64,000 nt of DNA from an uncultured Acidobacteriaceae bacterium (GTDB lineage Bacteria; Acidobacteriota; Terriglobia; Terriglobales; Acidobacteriaceae). The position numbers and the translations under genes were made by a program. The notes below the pieces were generated by a model. It saw only the letters and a program-made list of their open reading frames with translations, was not told the origin of the DNA and ran no database searches. Shown here in pieces: positions 20,938 through 28,650 of the stretch (its first letter is position 1; every line of letters starts with the position of its first letter). Location: contig CAVUOM010000004.1 of assembly GCA_963743115.1 (NCBI GenBank), forward strand, positions 73,170 to 137,169, in the 5' to 3' direction.

Positions 20938-23217
20938 TCAGAAGTGAAACCGGTAGCGGAATTCGCCGTAGATTTGCCGCGGTTCGTCCCAGTGGAATCC
21001 GCCGAAGGTGAGGCTGTTGTCGAGCTGCACGCGGCGGTTCGCGACATTGACGGCTGTCACTGAAACTGTGTATCTCTCGGCGAAAGTCTTGCCCAGCGAA
21101 AGATCCACGGCGCTGTGACTGGGCAGATAGTTGCCGGGATATTGCACGCCGGGAAGGCCGTTGGTGAATCCTGATCCGTAATACACATTGGTGGAGGCAT
21201 AGGCATGGCCCGGCAGGCTGCCGTTGAAACCGACGTTCAGCGTGTTGCGCTGATCGTGGTCCACGGGGGAAAGGCCGTAGGGGATATCGAGACCACAGGA
21301 CGGAGTGATCGGCTGGGCGCAGACTAGACCGCCGGTGATGGGCGAAGTTGCCTGCGCAATTTGGTTGGAGTAGGCGAGATGGAACTGGCCGTGATGCAGA
21401 ACGTTCGGGGAGCGCAGCGTTACTTCCCAACCTTGAATCTGAGCGTACTCCCAGGTGATGGGCCAGAAGATGTTCGATTCGCCGATGTTGTTGTGATCGA
21501 GCCAATTGTGGGCGCGGGTTTCGAAGTTGTCCGCGTCGAGGGTCCATCCGTGGAGGGGGATGGTCACGCCGAATTGCCACTCGATGTCGCGTTCGCCGTG
21601 GAGCGGAGCGAAGGCAAAGCTCTGACCGGCGGCCAGAGTTTGCAGCTGAGTGGTTGGGGTTGAAAGCGGCGGAGCCTGGTAGAAGTAGCCGTAAAAGCCG
21701 CGGAAGACCCAATTGAGACTGGGAATTCGGATTGCGGCTCCAAGACGAGGATCGGTGGCGTTTTCGGAGATGGTGGAGCTGAATGCCGTTTCGCGGAGGC
21801 CTGCGATCAAGGTGAGCCACGGCGTGACTTTGAATTTGTCGTTGATGAAGAAGGCGGCGACTCCGCCGTTCACGCCGATCGACGAGGGTGGAACATTTGT
21901 GGTGCCGTCGGTGTAATCGTTGAAAAAATAGTTGTACTGATGCTGGGCGAATCCATAAACGCCAGCCTGAATGTCATTGCGTTTGACGTTGGCATTGAGC
22001 GCTACCTGCGCTCCTCCATATTGGGCGGTCTGGGTTACGGTGGAGATGACGGGGGTGTCGTTTGGGCCGCCGTGATAGTCGGCGCCGTTGTAGTGATAGA
22101 ACGGAGAGACGGTCAGCAGAGTATTGGGATCAAATGTGTGAACCCACGAGAAGGTGGCGTAACCGTCGGGCTCGACCTCGGCATCATGCAAGCCGAAACT
22201 GGGATATCCGTTGGGGCCGTTGGTGAAGGAACGGGGGTTGGGGTCGATGGGAATCTGATAGTAGTCGCGGCGGAGAGAGCCTACGACGCGGTATTGATTC
22301 TTAGGATCGGGGTTGAAGATGAGTGAGGTGAATCCGCCGAAGCCGTTGGCGGCATCGTTGACGGTCTGCGGAATGGGCGTCTGCAGGCCGTACTGGCTGC
22401 GGTTGCCGTTGAGGCTGGCGTAATAAGCCGAGCGGGCGGTGTGGCTTCCGCAACTGATCTGGTCGTTTGTCTGGTAGAAATTGCCGGCGGTAATGACGAA
22501 ATCGCAGTCCCGATCGCGCTCGAAGCCGGTGCGGGGGACGATGTTGAAGATGCCGTAGGTGCGGTCGCCGTAGTCAGCGTCGTAGCTGCCGCGCTGGACT
22601 TCGAGATAGTCGATGTCTTTGGGATCGATCTGAGGCCCGAGATTGTTGGCGATGTTGGTGTTGGGGATGGGAACGCCGTCGATGAGCCACTCGACCTGAT
22701 GGCCTCCGCGCATGTGCAGCATGTCGTGCACGACGTAGGCGGCGGGCACGTAGTCGGTGATCATTTGCATGCCGTTGGTGCGGTCGGCTCCTGGAGTTTC
22801 CTGGATGTCGATGCGGTTGAGAGTGACGGTGGGAGTGACGGTTTGGGTGGTGGCTTCGATGGGAACTTCGGAAACCTCAACATTCTCCCGCGTACCCGCG
22901 ACAACCAAACCGAAATGAAGCACCGGGCTGGTGTCGGACTGAACGATCACGCCTTGTTGCATTTGCTGGAAGCCCTTCGAGGACACAGTCACGGTGTAGT
23001 TACCGAGTGGGACCGAGGTAAAGTCAAACTCCCCGTTGTCGCTGGAATCAGAGGAGCGCGTCCAGTCCGAGTTTTGAGCCTTCAGCGTTACGTGCGCGCC
23101 TTGAATGGGGCGGTGCTGAGGATCGTGAACGACGCCGCGAACGGAACCGAAAATCGTGGCGAATGCAACGGCACTCAGGAATAAAACAACTGCCGTCAAG
23201 CTAGCAACTTGTCTCAT
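20938..23217 (-). CDS. TonB-dependent outer-membrane receptor with an N-terminal CarboxypepD_reg domain
   Basis: ATG 23217 with GGAGA 5 nt upstream. Signal peptide, then FGSVRGVVHDPQHRPIQGAHVTLKAQ...GEFDFTSVPLGNYTV, plug and barrel. C-terminal ...YGEFRYRFHF. Confidence 0.85.
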   Translation of the reverse strand: MRQVASLTAVVLFLSAVAFATIFGSVRGVVHDPQHRPIQGAHVTLKAQNSDWTRSSDSSDNGEFDFTSVPLGNYTVTVSSKGFQQMQQGVIVQSDTSPVLHFGLVVAGTRENVEVSEVPIEATTQTVTPTVTLNRIDIQETPGADRTNGMQMITDYVPAAYVVHDMLHMRGGHQVEWLIDGVPIPNTNIANNLGPQIDPKDIDYLEVQRGSYDADYGDRTYGIFNIVPRTGFERDRDCDFVITAGNFYQTNDQISCGSHTARSAYYASLNGNRSQYGLQTPIPQTVNDAANGFGGFTSLIFNPDPKNQYRVVGSLRRDYYQIPIDPNPRSFTNGPNGYPSFGLHDAEVEPDGYATFSWVHTFDPNTLLTVSPFYHYNGADYHGGPNDTPVISTVTQTAQYGGAQVALNANVKRNDIQAGVYGFAQHQYNYFFNDYTDGTTNVPPSSIGVNGGVAAFFINDKFKVTPWLTLIAGLRETAFSSTISENATDPRLGAAIRIPSLNWVFRGFYGYFYQAPPLSTPTTQLQTLAAGQSFAFAPLHGERDIEWQFGVTIPLHGWTLDADNFETRAHNWLDHNNIGESNIFWPITWEYAQIQGWEVTLRSPNVLHHGQFHLAYSNQIAQATSPITGGLVCAQPITPSCGLDIPYGLSPVDHDQRNTLNVGFNGSLPGHAYASTNVYYGSGFTNGLPGVQYPGNYLPSHSAVDLSLGKTFAERYTVSVTAVNVANRRVQLDNSLTFGGFHWDEPRQIYGEFRYRFHF

Positions 23218-23361
23218 AAATGTCTCCATTCTCCGCATCGGGTTAGGGCGACTTGCAGGGAAGGCGCCTGTGTTGGCTTCGGCGGCGAACGGGAAACGTT
23301 GCGGCCGAGAACGCGCGCTTGCGTCAGGCAAGCGGAACTTGATTCGATTTCGGAGACAACT

Positions 23362-23712
23362 TCAGCAGGCGGGCGGGGCGCGGGTGGACTGGAATTCTGC
23401 TGGGGCCGCGGCCGGGGAGTCCGGCTGGATTGCGGCTACGCGAGCACCGATGGCTTGCAGGAAAAGGGCTGCAGCTTGCGACTCAGGGTGTGCCCATTGG
23501 GTTGAGATGGTCGCTCGGCCGCAATCGTGATTACAGCAACAAGCGCCGTGGATGACCGGCTGATTGGATTCGGAAACCGCCGCGTCGTGGCAGTGATGCG
23601 CTTTGCGGAGACAACAGGAATGCGGAGGGGCAGCAGCCGCTGCGAACGCCGGTGGGGCAACGGTTCCGACGAGTGCGAAAAACAGCAGCAGTCTTGCGGT
23701 CAGGCGATGCAT
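23362..23712 (-). CDS. Secreted Cys/His-rich mini-protein (116 aa)
   Basis: MHRLTARLLLFFALVGTVAPPAFA signal peptide, then HSCCLRKAHHCHD...IHGACCCNHDCG. There are 8 Cys and 7 His after the signal peptide. It lies 145 nt upstream of the TonB receptor on the same strand. Confidence 0.6.
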   Translation of the reverse strand: MHRLTARLLLFFALVGTVAPPAFAAAAAPPHSCCLRKAHHCHDAAVSESNQPVIHGACCCNHDCGRATISTQWAHPESQAAALFLQAIGARVAAIQPDSPAAAPAEFQSTRAPPAC

Positions 23713-23845
23713 GGTGCTTCGGTGTTTGAAAGCTTACCAACTTGCGGTTGACGAAAGCAAGAACGTGGGTGCGCGCAGTTGGCGGGGAGACTACCTCGTT
23801 AGTGGTGGAAGATCCCTACGAAGCTGCGGATGCCGAAGAAATGCT

Positions 23846-23938
23846 AGGGATCCCCTCGGCTTCGCTTGGGGCAGGCTCTTCGACGCCGACACACGCTCCG
23901 CTTAGCGGACTGTGAGTCTCCAGTCAGGATGACAGAAT
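23846..23938. repeat. Composite family-A/B repeat
   Basis: GGGATCCCCTCGGCTTCGCTTGGGGCAGGCTCTTCGACGCC...CAGTCAGGATGACAGAATCC. Confidence 0.7.
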
Positions 23939-23940
23939 CC

Positions 23941-24243
23941 TCAAGCTCTGCCTTGGATCTTGGCCCACCACCAGCGGACGCCGACGAACAGGAAACGCCA
24001 GTCGGTGAAGAACTCCGGGGGCTTGCCTTCGAAGGCGTGGCCGATGAATTGGAGAAGCCATCCGAGGATGAACAGAGCTAACGCATAGGGCCACAGGCGA
24101 TGGACGAAGATGCTGGCTAGAAAAACCGCGATCGAGAGCACGATGGTCGGGATGCCCAGGGTGTGGCAGAGCCGGTTTACGCGGTTCTGATGGCTGGAAG
24201 AGTATTGGGAGATCCACTGCTCGTGGGTGCGGTTGCCGAGCAT
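23941..24243 (-). CDS. DUF962 (Mpo1-like) membrane protein
   Basis: ATG 24243. ...SSSHQNRVNRLCHTLGIPTIVLS...LGWLLQFIGHAFEGKPPEFF. Confidence 0.7.
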   Translation of the reverse strand: MLGNRTHEQWISQYSSSHQNRVNRLCHTLGIPTIVLSIAVFLASIFVHRLWPYALALFILGWLLQFIGHAFEGKPPEFFTDWRFLFVGVRWWWAKIQGRA

Positions 24244-24415
24244 GCGGAGGATGATACAACGGCCGCGGGTTGTTTGCACGAATGTTCGCGGGTTGAGTGG
24301 CCGCTTGCCGCGTGGTAGCATCCTAGGTTTTGGCAGGGGATGTCGGGCTGGCCTTACACTGCACTGATTCTCTTCTGGGCCTTCTCTTTTTCCACGCCTG
24401 CGAAGGAGCCTACAG

Positions 24416-26525
24416 GTGAAAGTCTATTCCGGGGAAAACATTCGTAATGTCGCGATGGTGGGGCATGGGCATGCGGGGAAGACCTCGCTGCTTTCGGCCA
24501 TGCTGTACACGGCGGGCGCAACGCCGCGGCTGGGGCGGGTGGACGACGGGTCGGCGACTACCGATCACGACGAGGAAGAGATTGCGCGGAAGATGTCGAT
24601 TGCCGCTGCGGCGGCTTATGTGGAGTGGGGCAAGACGAAGATCAATGTGATCGATACGCCCGGGTTCAATATGTTCGTTCACGAGGCGCGGATGGTGCTG
24701 CCGGTGGTGGATGCGGCGATCGTGGTGGTCGACGGAGTGGCCGGCGTGGAAGTGGTGACGCAGCGGGTGTGGAAAGATTGCGAGGAGTACAAGACGCCGC
24801 GGCTGATTGTAGTGAACCGGATGGACCGCGACCGGGCGAATGCGGAACGGGTGCTGGAGTCGCTGATCAACGCGTTTGGAAGGAATGTGATTCCGATCGA
24901 GCTGCCGATCGGGAGTGAGAAGAGTTTGAGCGGCGTGGTCGACCTGGTGCGCATGAAGGCTTACACCTACGAACTGGGCGGCAACGGGAAGGGTAAGGAG
25001 ACGGAGATTCCCGGCGAACATGCGAGCGCAGGTGCAGGAATCGCACGAGCAACTGGTCGAGCTGGTGGCTGAGGGCGATGACAAGCTGATGGAAGAGTTC
25101 TTTGAGAAAGGGACGATCCCCGAGGAGGATTTGATTCCGGCGCTGCATAACGCGATTCGCGAAGATAGACTCTTCCCGGTTGTCTTTGCTTCTGGGCTGG
25201 GGAACATTGGGGCCGACCGGGTGATGGATTTTATTGTGGACTACACTCCGGCGCCTTCGGAGCATGAGTGGGTGCAGGGCGAACCGGCGGCGTCGGGCAA
25301 TGGAGACGCGCCGAAGCGGCATGAGACGGATGCGGAGCCGGTGTCGCTGTATGTGTTCAAGACGATTTCGGATGCTTTTGCCGGGAGGATTTCTTATTTC
25401 AAGGTTTTCTCCGGCGTGCTGAAGAATGAAGCTACGCTGCAGAACTTTTCGCGCGGATCGGCGGAGAAGCTGTCGCATATTTCCATCATGCAGGGGAAGA
25501 CGGCGGTTCCGGTGACGGAGTTGCATGCGGGAGATATTGGCGCGGTCGCGAAATTGAAGGACACGCTTACGGGCGACACGCTGGGAGACAAGGCGGCGCC
25601 GATTCAGTATCCGCGGGTGAAGCTGGCGGAGCCGGCGATTACGTTTGCGATCGAGCCGAAGAGCCGCGCCGATGAAGACAAGCTGGGGCCGGGGATCCAT
25701 AAGCTGATGGAAGAGGATGCGATGCTGCGATTCTTCCGCGATCCGCAGACTAAGGAGTTTCTGATCGCCGGGACCGGACAGCAGCATATCGAGGTTATCG
25801 TTTCGAAGCTGAAGAAGAGATATCACACGGAAGTGATTTTGAAAGCGCCGAAGGTGCCTTACCGCGAGACCATTCGCGCCAAGGCCGATGTGCAGGGGCG
25901 GCACAAGAAGCAGACGGGAGGGCACGGGCAGTACGGCGATTGCAAGATCAAGATGGAGCCGATGCCGCGGGGCGGGCAGTTTGAGTTTGTGAACGATATT
26001 TTCGGCGGCGCGATTCCGAAGAATTTTATTCCGGCGGTGGAAAAGGGAATCAAGGATGCGGCGGCGCGCGGGTATCTGGCGGGATTTCCCGTGGTCGACT
26101 TCCGGGTGATTCTGTATGACGGGTCTTATCACGACGTCGACTCGAACGATTTGTCGTTTCAGATGGCGGGGCGCATCGCGTTCAAGAAAGCGATGGAAGT
26201 AGCGAAGCCTACGCTGCTTGAGCCGATCATGGTGGTCGAGATTACGGTGCCGGATGAGTTTGCCGGATCGATCATGGGCGATTTGAACAGCCGGCGGGGA
26301 CGCATCCAGGGCATGGACAACAAGGGCGGCAACACCGTGGTGAAAGCTGAGGTGCCTATGGCTGAGATGCTGACCTACGGCGTGGATCTGACTTCGATGA
26401 CTCAGGGGCGCGGCAGCTTCAATATGGAAATGCACCATTACGATACGGTGCCGGGGCAGTTGCAGGAGAAGATTATTGAGAAGGCGAAAGCGGCGCGCGG
26501 CGAGGTGAAGGAAGAGGAAGAGTAG
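24416..26525 (+). pseudogene. EF-G paralog (translational GTPase) split by a frame change near 25015-25022
   Basis: ORF 24416..25072 holds the GTPase domain (NVAMVGHGHAGKTSL, DTPGF, NRMD) up to ...KETEIPGE. ORF 25020..26525 continues in the next frame with RAQVQESHEQLVELVAEGDDKLMEEFF and then domains II-V. The second frame is open from 24957. Confidence 0.8.
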
Positions 26526-26575
26526 AAGGCGCTGCGCTGGGAACGCCCAATGCGGCGGTGTTCGGCTAGCTCATA

Positions 26576-26636
26576 GAGATCCTTCGACTGCGCATGACCG
26601 CCTTTCAGGCGCTCATGCTTCGCTCAGGATGACAAT
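26576..26636. repeat. Family-A intergenic palindromic repeat
   Basis: GAGATCCTTCGACTGC-[GCATGACCGCC tttca GGCGCTCATGC]-TTCGCTCAGGATGACAATG. Confidence 0.8.
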
Positions 26637-26659
26637 GTGGGGAGAACGCGAGGTCAATC

Positions 26660-27386
26660 ATGAAACTTGTATTGGTTCTTATTTGCTCTCTCGTTGCTTC
26701 GGCGACGGTTGCGCGTGCTGCCGACACTCAAGTCTTTTCTACATCCGCCGGGCCGGTCAAGATCACACCGCTGTATCACGCCAGCACTCTGATTGAGGCG
26801 GGCGGGAAGGTCATCTATCTTGATCCTGCCAAACCTGCGAAATTGACGGGACTTCCGAAGGCCGACCTTATTCTGATTACCCACATTCATGGCGATCACA
26901 TGGATCCAAGTTCGATCAAGGAAATCAGCAAGGCGGGGACGGAGATTCTGGCCCCGCCTTCGGTGGTCGCAGACCGTTACCAGCGCCAGGCCCATGATCA
27001 ATGGCGAAACGAAAACCTGGCAGGGATGGACGATTGAGGCTGTTCCGGCATACAACTTGAAGCGCGGCCCCTCACCCGGAACATTCTTTCATCCCAAGGG
27101 ACGCGACAATGGTTACGTTCTCAGCTATGGCGGCAAGCGATTTTATTTTTCCGGCGACACCGAAGGCGTGCCGGAGATGCGCGCGCTTAAGAACATCGAT
27201 GTGGCGTTTGTTTGTATGAATCTGCCTTACACCATGCCGCCGGAAGAAGCGGCTGACGCGGTCAAGGCGTTTCATCCGAAGATTGTGATTCCTTACCACT
27301 ATCGCGGATCGGATCTTGCCGTATTTCAAAAAGCGTTGGAAGGGACTGGGATTGAGGTGCGGGTGCTGGACTGGTATCCCAAGTAG
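26660..27386 (+). pseudogene. Secreted MBL-fold metal-dependent hydrolase split by a frame change near 26960-26990
   Basis: ORF 26660..27037 gives a signal peptide and ...DLILITHIHGDHMD...ILAPPSVVADR. ORF 26889..27386 (other frame) continues ...ARPMINGETKTWQGWTIEAVPAYN...FYFSGDTEG...VIPYHY. Confidence 0.75.
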
Positions 27387-27395
27387 GAAACAAGA

Positions 27396-27467
27396 GCGAG
27401 CCTCGCTGCGCTTGGCTGGACCCTTCGGCTTCGCTCAGGGCAGGCTCGCGAAGGCGGCTGTCCCTAC
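27396..27467. repeat. Family-B intergenic repeat
   Basis: GCGAGCCTCGCTGCGCTTGGCTGGACCCTTCGGCTTCGCTCAGGGCAGGCTCGCGAAGGCGGCTGTCCCTAC. It abuts the ruvB start. Confidence 0.8.
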
Positions 27468-28544
27468 TTGGTTCGTGGTAACATCCGGCGAGTGGCTGCT
27501 GCTAGAAACAATCCCAACTTGAATTACAGTCCTGAGCGGCTGGTGTCGGCGGCTGCAGTCGAGGACGATTCTTCGTTTGAGCTGAAGCTGCGGCCACAAC
27601 GGCTGGGCGAGTTTATCGGGCAGAGCAAAGTCAAAGAAAATCTGGCGGTGGCGATTGAGGCGGCGCGTTCGCGCGGCGAGGCCATGGATCATGTGCTGCT
27701 GTATGGGCCTCCGGGGCTGGGGAAGACTACGCTGGCCAACATTATTGCCAACGAACTCGGCGTGCACTTCCAGCCGACGGCGGCGCCGCTGTTGCAGATC
27801 AAGGGCGACCTGACGGCGATCATCACCAACATGCAGGAGAAGCAAGTCCTGTTCATCGATGAGATTCACCGGCTGCAGCCGGTGCTGGAAGAGCTACTGT
27901 ATTCGGCGCTGGAAGACTACAAGCTCGACATTATTATCGGCCAGGGGCCTTCGGCGCGGACGCACACTCTCGAAGTGAAGCCGTTTACGTTTGTGGGGGC
28001 GACTACGCGGGCGGGATTGATTTCTGCGCCGCTGCGGTCGCGATTTGGGATCGTGCTACGGCTGGAGTTTTATACTCCGGAGGACTTGCGCGTGATCGTG
28101 GAACGGTCGGCGGAGATTCTGGGAGTTCAAGTTGACGACGCCGGCGCGATCGAAATTGCCAGCCGGTCGCGGGGGACGCCGCGCATTGCGAACCGGCTGC
28201 TGCGGCGGGTTCGTGATTACGCGCAGGTGCGCGGCGCGGGGAAAATCGATTTGGCCACGGCGCAGGCGGCGCTGCAAATGCTGGAAGTGGATAAGTATGG
28301 GTTCGACGAAGTCGACCGTCGTCTGCTGCTCACGATCATTGAGAAATATCAGGGCGGGCCGGTGGGCGTGAATACGCTGGCGGCGGTGCTGGCCGAAGAG
28401 CCGGACGCGATTGAAGAAATCTACGAGCCGTTTCTGATGCAGATTGGATTTTTGAACCGCACTCCGCGGGGGCGCGTGGCGACGCAACTGGCCTACGATT
28501 ATTTTGGAATCACTCCGAGCCGACGGCAAAGCTCGTTGTTCTGA
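27468..28544 (+). CDS. ruvB: Holliday junction branch-migration helicase RuvB
   Basis: ...[19 protein letters not shown]...[14 protein letters not shown]...FIDEIHRL...[21 protein letters not shown] start, uncertain. Confidence 0.93.
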   Translation: MVRGNIRRVAAARNNPNLNYSPERLVSAAAVEDDSSFELKLRPQRLGEFIGQSKVKENLAVAIEAARSRGEAMDHVLLYGPPGLGKTTLANIIANELGVHFQPTAAPLLQIKGDLTAIITNMQEKQVLFIDEIHRLQPVLEELLYSALEDYKLDIIIGQGPSARTHTLEVKPFTFVGATTRAGLISAPLRSRFGIVLRLEFYTPEDLRVIVERSAEILGVQVDDAGAIEIASRSRGTPRIANRLLRRVRDYAQVRGAGKIDLATAQAALQMLEVDKYGFDEVDRRLLLTIIEKYQGGPVGVNTLAAVLAEEPDAIEEIYEPFLMQIGFLNRTPRGRVATQLAYDYFGITPSRRQSSLF

Positions 28545-28563
28545 ATCCACGTTCTGAATCCAC
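28538..28563. repeat. Perfect 13-bp tandem duplication spanning the ruvB stop codon
   Basis: GTTCTGAATCCAC GTTCTGAATCCAC. The ruvB TGA (28542-28544) lies in the first unit. Confidence 0.85.
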
Positions 28564-28650
28564 GAACCGGCTTGCAACCCGGACCTGACACTGTTCGGTA
28601 AACCTTAGAGCAGCGGCTTTCTGTTTTAGGAGGGGCGCTCATGGTGTATC

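Noticed and set aside
20876-21820. 314-aa minus-strand ORF overlapping the TonB receptor in another frame
   Set aside because: It is Arg/Pro/Ser-rich. The alternative frame encodes a full-length receptor with a canonical C-terminal Phe.
24867-26438. 523-aa minus-strand ORF
   Set aside because: It is antisense to the EF-G paralog and is extremely Arg/His/Leu-rich. This is a typical high-GC shadow ORF.
24416-27386. Programmed ribosomal frameshifting as an explanation for the two split genes
   Set aside because: There is no slippery heptamer, no prfB-like CUU-UGA-C context, and no downstream structure evident at either junction. An indel or pseudogenisation is the more economical explanation.
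28541-28563. GAATCCACG x2 as possible DnaA boxes
   Set aside because: Each matches TTATCCACA at only 6 of 9 positions. The site is 17 kb from dnaA and is explained by a simple 13-bp tandem duplication.
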